A stretch of DNA of 63,987 nucleotides, the filler included, from Craspedostauros australis (taxonomy: Eukaryota): assembly GCA_030167865.1 (NCBI GenBank). It is 9 parts of 9 records of this genome, joined end to end, with 100 filler letters (N's around TTAATTAATTAA, not from the genome) between each part and the next. Parts side by side here need not be neighbours in the genome. Positions count along the whole stretch, not along the records: positions 1 to 24,926 come from JALAGF010003733.1; 8 more parts are not named here. One strand, given 5' to 3'. The translations under genes were made by a program, and so were the position numbers. The first letter of the stretch is position 1; the number at the start of each line of letters is the position of its first letter. Shown one piece after another: positions 11,308 through 21,910 of this stretch. The notes beneath the pieces were generated by a model, which had not been told where the DNA came from, did not search any database, and saw only the letters and a program-made list of their open reading frames with translations.

Positions 11308-13626
11308 ATGAAACGGACGTTCAGCTCGAGCAGCTCGCAGCCGCATCTGCAGCAACATGTGCGGCCGCATCTATCTTCGCACGCACATGAACAGGCACAA
11401 CGGCAAACGTCTGAGAAGCTGCACTCGTCTCCATCGATGTCGTCCGCCTCTTCATCAGCCTCGACATCATCTTCATCATCAACAACGAGACAATCGGCAG
11501 GATCGCCGGTGGAGTCACCAACAGCGATAATACCAACAACGGCACCATCAGCAGTCATTTCGCCGACCTTGGGACCTGCACAAGGACCTGAACTACAACC
11601 TGCACCTGGACCTGCATGGAAACAGCGATCTCCACCGCATGATGGGAGTGCAGAGGCAACCTCCGGCTTCCCCTCCGACCTCCTCTTCGACAATGGCTGC
11701 TTCGCCTTCCGAAGATTCGCTCCAACCTCGCCTCAACTTCCAGACATGCTGTCATCATCGGAGCAATCGGCATCGATGGCATCTGCGGCGACATCGGCCA
11801 CCAATGTCTCCCCCCTCTCTGTGCAAATCAACAACAACGGCATCGTCCCTTCCTTCCAGCGCTGCGGTGGAACCAACCATCCGAGCATTGGCACCAATGC
11901 CTACCATGCCAACCCAAATGCTTACTCCTACAATGGCAACACTAGCAGCAACACTAGCAACAACACTAGCAGCAACAGCAACAACAACGATCATGGAGAC
12001 CCTGCGTCCGGCTGCCTTGCTGGGCCCACCTCGATACTCTCCAACATATTCCAGCCCAACAAAACAAAGTCCAAATCGAACCAAAAGAGCGCCAACAAAA
12101 GCGCCATGCTCGATGCTTCCGCCTCGGCAGCTGTGGCGGGCGCCATTGCCGACGTGACCGACATCAAGACCAAGGGGGAAACGCCGGAGTTCCTCATCGC
12201 CAACGAAATGAAGCAGCTCTCCCTCAACGAACGGGACATCGCCTACGAGGAGATCCACGGAGTCGCCCCGGAACAGCCGGAGGACATGGAATTCATCAAG
12301 CTCTCCTGCGCCAAGCTCGACAAGGAGATCAAGAAGATCACCACCACCTCCACGAGGCATGCCTACGACCGCTGCGCCTTCCTCAACCCAAAGTACGTGC
12401 GATCCACAGCCTTTCGCATGCTATTCCTGCGATCCGAGCAGCACGATGCGCCACGTGCGGCCAAGCGCATCATGGACCACTTCACCAAGAAGCTCGAGCT
12501 ATTCGGCTACGATTTCCTCGCCAGAGACATCTGCTGGGACGACCTCAGCGACGACGAGGCAGAATGCATCAGGACCAGCGGCGCGAGCTTTCTGCCCACG
12601 GCCAGGGATCGCACGGGACGCTCCATCTTCCTTTTGCTCTATGGCATCCCCGACAACAACAAATCCGTCGAGTGCCATTCCCGCTCCATCTGGTACACCA
12701 TCATGTCCTGCATGCAGCTCGATGCCGAGACCCAGCGCAAGGGGATGGTAGGCGTCCTCTACTCTCACAATGCATCCGTCAACCAGTTCCTCTCCGTCTT
12801 CGCGGCTCAGCAGCACACCCTCTGGGTCAACACCTGCCTCCCCTTCCGCGTCACGGGCATGCACTATTGCATGGAGGATGACCGGTTGCGACGGTTCTTC
12901 TCGTTGGTCACCGTCATCGCGTCCAAGGAGATGCGAACGCGCACCCGCCTCCACTACGGTAGCAACACGGAAGTGCAGTACGCCCTCAACACATTCGGCA
13001 TACCGAACGAAGCCCTGAGGATCGATGGCAACGGCTACGCGCAGAGCGAATGGATGGACCGCAAGATGCAGGATCTGCGCAAAAAGGAAAAGGTCAAGGT
13101 CGATCACCAGAAAATGATCTACGAACAGGACATGTACCATCACGATGTCGATGGCAAAGGCAACGCCGTCAAGCTCGTCAAGATATACCATCCAGTGGCC
13201 AACGACGTCCTGCTGGGCCGTGGTCGTCCCTACCAGTACCATCCCGGCAACCACGTAATGATGGACATGGTCGAGGAGCAGAAGCCGGATCATGTGCAAG
13301 GCAGCCGCTTCGTCAAGAAGCACATCACGGAGCAGATCGTTAACCACATCCGTTCCAAGGGCGGCCGCTTCCTCAGGCGCATCGAGAAACCGAGTCCGCA
13401 TGGACCCGAAACCGACGCGGCCGCCGCGAATAGGAACACGGCGGACAACAACAGCGACTCTCTCAGGAATCAAGACCCGTGCGTATGGGAGTTGGACCGC
13501 ATTCACGACAAGGCATTCCACCCCTACTGGATCCAGGTCCCTGACTCCAAGGCGCACGAAAAGGTGGCGATGGCATTCCGGAATCTGACCAGGCGGGACA
13601 AGGATGCTCTCGTCACGGAGACTTGA
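11308..13626 (+). CDS. Diatom-type protein with CRAL-TRIO/Sec14-like central region and C-terminal DUF6824
   Basis: LSLNERDIAYEEIHG, FRMLFLRSEQHDAPRAAKR, RDRTGRSIF, PFRVTGMHYC, RTRLHYGS, then DUF6824-type NDVLLGRG...HPGN...GGRFL...HEKVAMAFR. Confidence 0.85.
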   Translation: MKRTFSSSSSQPHLQQHVRPHLSSHAHEQAQRQTSEKLHSSPSMSSASSSASTSSSSSTTRQSAGSPVESPTAIIPTTAPSAVISPTLGPAQGPELQPAPGPAWKQRSPPHDGSAEATSGFPSDLLFDNGCFAFRRFAPTSPQLPDMLSSSEQSASMASAATSATNVSPLSVQINNNGIVPSFQRCGGTNHPSIGTNAYHANPNAYSYNGNTSSNTSNNTSSNSNNNDHGDPASGCLAGPTSILSNIFQPNKTKSKSNQKSANKSAMLDASASAAVAGAIADVTDIKTKGETPEFLIANEMKQLSLNERDIAYEEIHGVAPEQPEDMEFIKLSCAKLDKEIKKITTTSTRHAYDRCAFLNPKYVRSTAFRMLFLRSEQHDAPRAAKRIMDHFTKKLELFGYDFLARDICWDDLSDDEAECIRTSGASFLPTARDRTGRSIFLLLYGIPDNNKSVECHSRSIWYTIMSCMQLDAETQRKGMVGVLYSHNASVNQFLSVFAAQQHTLWVNTCLPFRVTGMHYCMEDDRLRRFFSLVTVIASKEMRTRTRLHYGSNTEVQYALNTFGIPNEALRIDGNGYAQSEWMDRKMQDLRKKEKVKVDHQKMIYEQDMYHHDVDGKGNAVKLVKIYHPVANDVLLGRGRPYQYHPGNHVMMDMVEEQKPDHVQGSRFVKKHITEQIVNHIRSKGGRFLRRIEKPSPHGPETDAAAANRNTADNNSDSLRNQDPCVWELDRIHDKAFHPYWIQVPDSKAHEKVAMAFRNLTRRDKDALVTET

Positions 13627-14129
13627 ATATGTTGAGTCCTTTACGGGCCTACCAGTATGGCATTTACGAATATTGTAGTATTGCAGTACTTCACATTCCT
13701 ATGAAGCGAAGCAAACGAAAGCGTGCAGAATCGCAGGGGACAGCGCGATCACGCCGGGATAGACCGAAGGAAGCAGGCAGATAGGCAGGCAATGCATGCA
13801 TAATAGGAGACCCGCCATACAATACACGTACGAGTAGCACTGGCATGAATGTGATGCAAAGCGCACTGAACTCTCGTGAAACAGTATTACGAGTAGTACT
13901 CTGTGGATGCTCGCATAGTTCTATTCTACGCAACTTATTGCACAATACGTGTACGCATGATGCGAGTGAACACACCAACCACCTTACGACTATCAGTCGC
14001 TAATTTCCATCATTGCCCATGAGGTTGCGGGTGCCTCACAACAAAATTGGATCTCCCGTTCCACACTACTATACCGATGGAGAGTGGAGTTGTCACGCGC
14101 CGCCCCAAGACAGAGCAACACGCTTTGAA

Positions 14130-15005
14130 TCAGCCCTCGATCTTCTCGAATCGCAATTTCATGAAACTATGTTTTGTCTGATAACCTTTGTAGACGAGAC
14201 CAACCTCTGCGAAGCACTCATCCCACATCACCTGAAGCCCTCCGTTTTTGTATCTGGATGGATGCATTGCATCAATAGAGAACGGCAATTCTGATGGCTG
14301 GTTGCGGGAAAAGGGGATTTTCACGATGAAGCGTCCACTATCATCCTTGGGTGATTCTTTGGCCAACACCATTGCTCGGCACCATGATGCAAGGCACATG
14401 CACTCCTTGGTTAGCTCCAGCTTCGCGATCTTGTTTTCGTGCACCTTGATGTTCAAGTCAATCCCCTCCGCTCTGCTGAGGCCACAACTCAAAGTAGCCG
14501 CAACGTTGCCCTCGTCCACGACGATGTTGTAGTAATCCATGTCCGCCAGGAAGGCTTGCCGCGCAATGCATGCGGGGAGGAACACCTTCCCATGGCGCAT
14601 GTAGTCCAGCACGTACTCAAAACGAGCAGAGTTACCATCCACGAACACGGGCTCTTTTGTGCCTGGCGATGTTGTATCGGAAGGATTGCTGGTGACATTG
14701 GTTGGGCTATCTGCGTTGCGTTCATTGGTACAGCCTGCATCGCCGCTGCTCTGCCAACGAGCACTGACCAACTTGGTGAGCATGCAGTCGTCGAACTTCT
14801 CCAAAGTCGAGTGCGCGATTCGGAATACTTTTCCACCGACGTCGAATGTGACAGTGCCAGGAGGACTGGTAGTGTCGGTTTCAGGAGCGGTGCCAGGAGC
14901 ACTGGCAGCACTGGTGTCATTGTCGGCGGCAACTTCTGGAGCGGTGGCGACTTCTGGAGCGGCGGCAGCGACGGCGCCGGTATCTGCGAGTTGGGAGGTA
15001 TCCAT
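14130..15005 (-). CDS. BTB/POZ (KCTD/T1-type) domain protein
   Basis: VTFDVGGKVFRIAHSTLEKFDDCMLTKL...VFVDGNSARFEYVLDYMRHGKV...ADMDYYNI. Confidence 0.88.
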   Translation of the reverse strand: MDTSQLADTGAVAAAAPEVATAPEVAADNDTSAASAPGTAPETDTTSPPGTVTFDVGGKVFRIAHSTLEKFDDCMLTKLVSARWQSSGDAGCTNERNADSPTNVTSNPSDTTSPGTKEPVFVDGNSARFEYVLDYMRHGKVFLPACIARQAFLADMDYYNIVVDEGNVAATLSCGLSRAEGIDLNIKVHENKIAKLELTKECMCLASWCRAMVLAKESPKDDSGRFIVKIPFSRNQPSELPFSIDAMHPSRYKNGGLQVMWDECFAEVGLVYKGYQTKHSFMKLRFEKIEG

Positions 15006-15371
15006 GGTTCACCTGCGTCGCAATGTTGAACTATGGTTTCGCATTCGGAGACAACTCCTCCCGCGATCACTCATGTCATGATGAGCCCGTGTTCGCAGGA
15101 GTTGCTGTCTCTGCCAAACAACGAAGCGAGCAGCCGGGGCGGTTGCTGCAACACGTTGCACGTAGAATAGTACTGATACGTAATACACAAGCTCGATGCG
15201 TGGACAGAAAGCCAAGCTCGCCGAAGCCAGGTTTAGATGTGAAATCGTACAGAAATCAAATCATTTTTTATGTACGTACATGCTGTATATGCCATACACA
15301 TAGTACCAGCATCGTGGTCCTTTTGAGAGGAGATGCCACACTCTGCCATAGTAGTACTGGCACGCCCACGA

Positions 15372-15779
15372 TCACAACCTTTGCTTCGACCGTTCCAAAT
15401 CGAAAGTGTACTCATATTCGCCCATCTTGCGGACGGCCACGATGTCCAGATTGATGTCGGCAAAGCACTTGTGGTAGAGATCTTTGTTTGTGCGGTATGT
15501 GTTGGGGTTGTGGTGATCGATGATGAAGGGAAGATATTTGGAACCCACCTCAACCTTGACCTTGAATCCATTGGGGCTCCGAACCGCACGGTCGCTGGCA
15601 ATCTCCTGGCGACAGTAGGCCGCCAGACACGTGCAATCCCTCTCCATAGCAGCGAGCCAAAGATCGTCTGCGGGATCCGGCTGTGACGGTTGCAGAGACC
15701 TTATGGTCGGCGGTGGCGCGGAGCAATCAATCTGATGGATGTCACGAAGTTGGGCCGTTCGTTTGTCCTCGCAGTTCAT
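15372..15779 (-). CDS. Small paralog of the C-terminal domain of the adjacent BTB protein, lacking BTB
   Basis: DCTCLAAYCR/ECMCLASWCR, YLPFIIDHHNPNTYR/ELPFSIDAMHPSRYK and YHKCFADINL/WDECFAEVGL are collinear with 14130..15005; ATG at 15779. Confidence 0.7.
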   Translation of the reverse strand: MNCEDKRTAQLRDIHQIDCSAPPPTIRSLQPSQPDPADDLWLAAMERDCTCLAAYCRQEIASDRAVRSPNGFKVKVEVGSKYLPFIIDHHNPNTYRTNKDLYHKCFADINLDIVAVRKMGEYEYTFDLERSKQRL

Positions 15780-16579
15780 GTTGATTTCCGAGGTGATATC
15801 CCGACCACCGAACGGATGCGACGTGCTCGACGTCTGTGACCGAGCAGAGTGTGGCAATGGCAGGTTTCGAAGGAAGCGAGCGATCCGGCAACAACGTCGT
15901 CAAGTGCTGTCCACCTCTGGATGTCCGCTTGGGCAGCCGACTCTTCTTGTGGTTGTTCTGACTCTTGTTGCTTCTGTTGATGGGTGACAGCGATCTCGTC
16001 CCGCGATCCCGATCGAGACGATGTGACATGATGTGATTTGATGTGATGGCGAACGAGATCGTCGCGTGACCACGAGAAAGGAATCCTCCATTCCCGCATG
16101 AGTGATCGAAACTTCAAGAGAAGCAGAGCGTGATGGACGTTATTATACCGGTATCTTCTTGACACGATCGTGATAGTCGAACTCCAATGAAATGCGACAG
16201 CCAATGGTGGGAGTTCGTTCGTAACGGGACTGCAACAACAAGAAACCAAGTTCTGCTTCGCGTGTGGCAGTTGCGCGCACCTTGCAGTCATCGTGTCCGT
16301 TTCCACGCTGCGCGTTGGTGACGCAATCAAATTTGTGCGAGAGAACGCCGTTCCGGCATGCAAGGCTTTCCACGATGGCGGAAAAGGACGGGCAAGACAG
16401 GACAAACACGAGCCATTCGTGCGACAACGACCCACAAGGAAAAGCAAGAGCAAGAGCAAGAGCATTCTTACTGCATCTCTCCATCTCTCCATCTCTTGAA
16501 TTTGTGCATTTGCAGAGCTGATCGCTTGATTTGAAGGTCAGCATCGCGAAGATCGATAGCTGCATTGAGAAAGAGGACT

Positions 16580-18334
16580 ATGCCGAACGCCAACATGACG
16601 CGGAGCAGGGATGTCAGCGGTGATGACCATAATGGCGACCATCATGGCGGCACAAACAGAGACAGAGACAATGGAGGGAACCGGCCTCTGTCCGCATCGC
16701 AGTTCGAACCGCAGACTCCGGATGGCCAGACTCACACTTATAATCACAGCACTCCCACTGGTGTTGCCAGCAGCGGGGGTGGGTCTGCTTCTCGACCATC
16801 AGCCTCAGCTGCAAGCCCTGATCATGCATCGGGAGAACAAGGCATGAGGAATGTAGATCATGCAAGTGGAGACATTGCAAACAGCAACAGCAACAGCAAC
16901 AGCAACCAAGGCCCTAGGCCGGACATCGACCCTGAGCTCGGTGCGACTACTCGTCTATCCAGCCACACTAGTACGAGTACCAATACAACGACAACTCCAA
17001 CGACAACTACAGCTGCTCACAACAGTGTTCCTGATATTGCCATGGCCACCGCAACTGCCACGGTCCTGCGCGATGGACTCATGATCGACGAAAGTGCGGA
17101 CGACTATCATAATCATCATCAGCAGCAGCATCATCATCAGCTGCAACAGCTGCAACAACAGCAACAACAACAACAACGGCGACGCCGCTCCCAACGAAAC
17201 AAGCAGAGGCTCAGGAAGCGAAGGGCGAAGATATCCTCGTCCACGGCTGCCTCAGCGTCAGCGTCCACCTCACGTTGCTGGTGCAGGCTGCTCCCGCACG
17301 GCGGATACACGCTGCTCATCGCCACCCTCTCCACGATGGCCTGGCTGGCATCCATCATACAGGATGGCTGCGATTACGCGACCGTCACGGGAACAGGCAT
17401 CATCAACGACCTCCGCGTCTCCTCGCCGAAGCACATCCCGCCCTACCTGGAGCTGGGGATGGAGGCCTACCGAGAACCCACGCGCTACGTCCAGGACAAC
17501 GGCCACGACGAGGACTACCAGATCAACATCGACGGTGCCTGCCTCGAGTACCCCGATCAGTTCCTGCAGACCCGCATGGACACCATGTGGGAGGTCTCCA
17601 GGATCTGCAAATTCGTGGCGCTCGTGCTCGGCGGCGGCGGTTCCCTCTTCGTCTGCTGTTCCACCTGCTTCGTCTTCTCGAGGGGGACCTGGAAGATGCT
17701 CGTGGGGTACGAGCTCATGCTCGCCGCCATCTGTCAGGGGGTCGCCTTCATTTGGTTCTTCAACGAGGTCTGCACGGACACGGAAGATGCTTACGTGGAT
17801 TCATGCCAGATGAGCTACGGAGCCAAGGCGGATATCGCCTCCTGCGTCCTTTGGTTCGTCTCCGCTCTTCTCGTCATTTGTCACTATCCGCAGCCAAAGC
17901 CGAATGTCAAGTACTCCAAGGCGGACACCACCATGGATGCATCGGAGACGGGTGACAATCATATTGACGATGATGATGACAATCATGATGATGATATTAA
18001 CGATCATCACGGTGTTGACCATGGTGGAGATGAGAATGACTATGACCTGGACGATGACTGTGATGACGATTACAGCCATGAATACAGCCACAGCAATGGC
18101 GATGACTACGAAGACTATCCCTATGATTGCGACTACGACGAGAAATATGGTCATGACGACAACATCAACGATGGCGTGCAAGGCAGCAAGAAGGGTGCTG
18201 ATGGCTACGCTTCACGTGCTACTAAACGCAGATCCACACAGCAACAGAGGCACAGCAGCCCGGTCTTTGCGATCTCGGTGCCCGATCATCACGACTTTGG
18301 CGAGCCTGTTCATCCAGAGAAAGAGGTCTTGTAG
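16580..18334 (+). CDS. Four-TM claudin/PMP22-like membrane protein with polyQ/H N-tail and Asp/His-rich C-tail
   Basis: Four hydrophobic segments; Cys-containing loop (DGCDY...GACLEYP...DTMW); C...C..SYGA motif before TM4. Confidence 0.75.
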   Translation: MPNANMTRSRDVSGDDHNGDHHGGTNRDRDNGGNRPLSASQFEPQTPDGQTHTYNHSTPTGVASSGGGSASRPSASAASPDHASGEQGMRNVDHASGDIANSNSNSNSNQGPRPDIDPELGATTRLSSHTSTSTNTTTTPTTTTAAHNSVPDIAMATATATVLRDGLMIDESADDYHNHHQQQHHHQLQQLQQQQQQQQRRRRSQRNKQRLRKRRAKISSSTAASASASTSRCWCRLLPHGGYTLLIATLSTMAWLASIIQDGCDYATVTGTGIINDLRVSSPKHIPPYLELGMEAYREPTRYVQDNGHDEDYQINIDGACLEYPDQFLQTRMDTMWEVSRICKFVALVLGGGGSLFVCCSTCFVFSRGTWKMLVGYELMLAAICQGVAFIWFFNEVCTDTEDAYVDSCQMSYGAKADIASCVLWFVSALLVICHYPQPKPNVKYSKADTTMDASETGDNHIDDDDDNHDDDINDHHGVDHGGDENDYDLDDDCDDDYSHEYSHSNGDDYEDYPYDCDYDEKYGHDDNINDGVQGSKKGADGYASRATKRRSTQQQRHSSPVFAISVPDHHDFGEPVHPEKEVL

Positions 18335-18738
18335 AGGCCAACGCATTACCAACACACGCAGACACACAGACACAGACACAGACACACAGAGTAGAGGATT
18401 AGAATGTATACTATGACTAGTGCACCAGGATGCCACTCGACAATACTTTTAACAGTAGTACAACTCTAGTCGTATGTACCATACGAGGACAGCGAGAATA
18501 CATCCACTCGGACGACCCGGCCAAGTCAACAAGCAGACATGAATGGAGCGGAGCGAGTAGGTACGAGCTATGCACTTCAACATCCCAGCACTTTGCTCCA
18601 CGTTCATATTCTATATAATAGTACGAGCTGACTGTTATAGGATTATGTGATGACGATCACAACCCGACGAATCGAATCGAATGGAATTGAGTTCAATGAA
18701 ATCGAATTGCGTTGCATTGGGCCCCAAATGGAATGAAA

Positions 18739-20050
18739 TCATGGCTGAGGCAAGCAGGCATCGGTGTTGGGCGGTGCCGTGCCGGTGAACCACGCATGGA
18801 GGTAGATGATCATGATGGAGAGGGCACCCCAGGACAGACCGATGACGACGCCGCCATCCACGATGGCCCGCCATGGCTGGGACAGCCGCTTCACCATCGC
18901 CACGATGCCAGCGACGCCGATGCTGACGCACCAGCTCACGATGGCGCGCTTCTTGGTGGCCTGGAACAGCCCCATGCTGTACAGCGGCGCCAGCACGAAC
19001 TGCAGCAGCTTCATCACGATGTTGGTGTCGGGACGTGCCACCAGCGACAGGGAACGCTTCACCACCAGCGGGCTGAATTTGGTTTGGAATCCCTTGTATC
19101 CTTCGTAGTAGGCGAAGAACGCCGCTGTCAATGCGTAGGCACTGCGGTCGCAAATGCATTGGTTGGACCGCACATACGACGCCAGTTGCAATCGGGGAGA
19201 CGTCGCAGAATGGCTCAGCGCAGTGGAGAAATGGAGCAAAGATTCGAGGGCATGAAAAGAGCAGAGAGGGTTAGAGCATCATAAGAGTACCATGCAGTCG
19301 GGGCGCATTGGTGGAGTGCTCCGCAATGCTGCAGTTCTCTATTCATGAATATAGTACTCTGCACATTTCGATATGAAGCTGCGAAGAAGACAAAGCACAC
19401 AAGGCAAACAAGGCACGACGGAAGAGCAATCTGCGAAGATCTCTTGGCCACCGCAGAGCATGCACCGACTGCATCCATCACATCAATCGTCAGATGTATA
19501 ATAGTGTGATACAGCACGGTGCCAATATTGGTGGCAAGACACGGCGTTGCGTACGAGTAGCATTCCATTGACGTGGCGTGTCCGCACTGACATCCGCGCA
19601 ATCTCACCTCCATTGAAAGGGCGTCAAGACCATCGCGGAAGACGTGAAAGGTTCGAGCGCGATGGGTAGTACGCGCTTGATGGCCTTGGCCAGAATGTAC
19701 ACAACCCCCGTCGTTCCCCAGAGACTCCCGATTGCGCCGATGAATTTCGTAAAGCCGGATGGCCCCTCTGCAGACTCAGAGGCTTCCGTGAGGAGCGGTG
19801 ATCCTGCCATGGAAACGACGGTGCTGCCCGCTCCGCCAGATGGCACGGCCGCAGCCATCAGAGAAGCCTTGGGGGTTGCTGGTGCTTGAGAGATCCCCGA
19901 GGGGCGGACGAAGGACACGGAGGGATGCTGCTGACGGAGATCGGGGAAGGCTGATGCCATCCGTTGTCGGGCGCTGATGGTGATATCGGTGGAACCGAAG
20001 CCATGAGCGAGAGCCACGGAGCTCAGGCAGAACATCAGCAGCAGCGACAT
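18739..20050 (-). CDS. Two-exon, probably plastid-targeted membrane protein (exons 20050-19608, 19141-18739)
   Basis: Intron 19607-19142 (GTGAGA...CCGCAG) joins TPFQW-S-AYALTAAFFAYYEGYKGFQTKFSP in frame; signal peptide MSLLLMFCLSSVALAHG-F then Ser/Ala-rich transit-like segment. Alternative ATG at 20110. Confidence 0.8.
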
Positions 20051-20923
20051 GGCGCGCTTTTGCTTGTTTCCGTTTTCGCAGGTGAGGCTGCTGATCATGC
20101 TGCTGATCATGCTACTGACGATGATGTGGCTCTCTTTGCTTCTAGCTGTCTCTGACCGTCTCTAGCTGTCTCTAGCTGCCTATTGGTATACTTGTAGAGC
20201 AATATATAATGTAATAATAGAATATTATGACGGTCCTCTGAAATGGTAACGATTTGTGCACAATGCCAGCCGGTCTTTTTGCTGATGTCCCCCTTCTCCC
20301 ACTCTCCAACCAACCAACCACACACGCACTCTTCCACTCCACTGCCCTCTTCCAGTCGATTGATGTTGGTTCCGCGATCTTCCACTTCATGTTGTTTTTC
20401 GCGATGCGAAGGGCTGATGGATTGGAAGCGTTTCGAAGGATCTTCCCTTCACAGAATTGAGAGCGTCTGTCCGTCTGTAAGAACGGCTACGAACTGTGAG
20501 AAGACCACCAATGAGATGACTGGGGAGAGTGAATACCATCCAAGTGTCGAGTAGAGAGCATCACCTATGGCGATTTGTATGTGTAAATTGGGTAGAATAT
20601 GCTCCAATGCAATACATTATATAATATATAATCGTGTTATACTCTGTTTGTGTTATCGTGATCATTGCCGCGGGAGTTTCGCAGCCTGCGCCTCACACGC
20701 CAACGACGACGGGTGCCTGATTCTCCTTGTCCCGGGGGAGATTGCTACCTTGGCTACGTCGGTGCGCTGATTCCATTTCAGTTGATGCCGAATGCGTTCC
20801 TCTGCGGCTGCTGGCCAGAACTTCGCGGTTCCACCGGCGATCCCCAAACTGAATCGTTCTGCTCTTGACGCTCAAAGCATCGCGTGATCCATTCATCGCA
20901 TGCCTCCGAACATGGTGCGTTGG

Positions 20924-21910
20924 TTAGAATGGAGCAGCGAATGGTGTAAGCGGTCGGAGTGGCTGTGATGATGCCGAGACAGCACTTGATTTTCGTTCCG
21001 TTGCTACTAATGTTGCATCACGCTTGTGGCTCGACGTATCTCGGTCGCAGCGATCGAATGCTTGCGTGCGACGGTTGCCGGTTGATGGCATTGAGCGACG
21101 TTGCACGTTCTGCGAGCGTCCTCGCTGCACAGCCAGCTTTGATGCGATCATCCTTCGTCTCATCTCCGGTGCAAAGTCTCGGAGGGATTGGCACACCTTC
21201 TCGTACGACTTGCGCTCACCGATATCGTACCAGATGTTGCGGGCCTTGTCCTTCTTCACGAACCTGGAACCATCAGACTTGATCATGCCCACTATCTTTG
21301 TGGCGATCATCGCCTTCTCAGCTCTTCTTGCATGGATGTACTGCACCTGGTGCTGCTTGATCAACGATCGGAAGGCTTCGTTACCGGGGTGATACTGGGT
21401 GTTCGTACCTCTGCCACACACGATGTCAATGTCTCGCAAGACGCCAACGGAGGTTTCTGTGACGGTTTCCGATCCATGAACTTGCGAGTCTTGAGACGTC
21501 GTGGAAGATGTGATGGATGCCGCTGCTGGGTGCTCTGATGCTTCGATCTTCACAGGAATCAAAGTAGATTGATCCGATGACTGCTCCATCTTCGACAGCT
21601 TTGTTGGCGATACAGCATTCTGTCGTCCAACTTGCTGACTATTCGATTTCGCACTTGGCTGAGGTGATGAGTAGGGGCGTGACAAGATGATCCGTTGCTT
21701 CTGCTTGCTCGCGCCACTTTTTGCAAAAGCATGGCGGGGTGGGAGGAAGGCGCTGCCCCAATCGCTGTGTTCGGATGGGCATGCGGTGTGATTCATAGTT
21801 GTTGATATCATCGTTATTATCTTTGGCTGTATAGCAGAACAGCTGGCTGTTGTGTCGTGATTCGAGTTGATGATGTTGGTTTGATTTGGGCTGGTGTTCG
21901 TCTTTGACAT
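20924..21910 (-). CDS. DUF6824-domain protein
   Basis: DIVCGRG...HPGNEAFRSLI...YIHARRAEKAMIA..IV..I...GSRFVKK...WYDIGERKSYEKVCQSLRD. Confidence 0.85.
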   Translation of the reverse strand: MSKTNTSPNQTNIINSNHDTTASCSAIQPKIITMISTTMNHTACPSEHSDWGSAFLPPRHAFAKSGASKQKQRIILSRPYSSPQPSAKSNSQQVGRQNAVSPTKLSKMEQSSDQSTLIPVKIEASEHPAAASITSSTTSQDSQVHGSETVTETSVGVLRDIDIVCGRGTNTQYHPGNEAFRSLIKQHQVQYIHARRAEKAMIATKIVGMIKSDGSRFVKKDKARNIWYDIGERKSYEKVCQSLRDFAPEMRRRMIASKLAVQRGRSQNVQRRSMPSTGNRRTQAFDRCDRDTSSHKRDATLVATERKSSAVSASSQPLRPLTPFAAPF

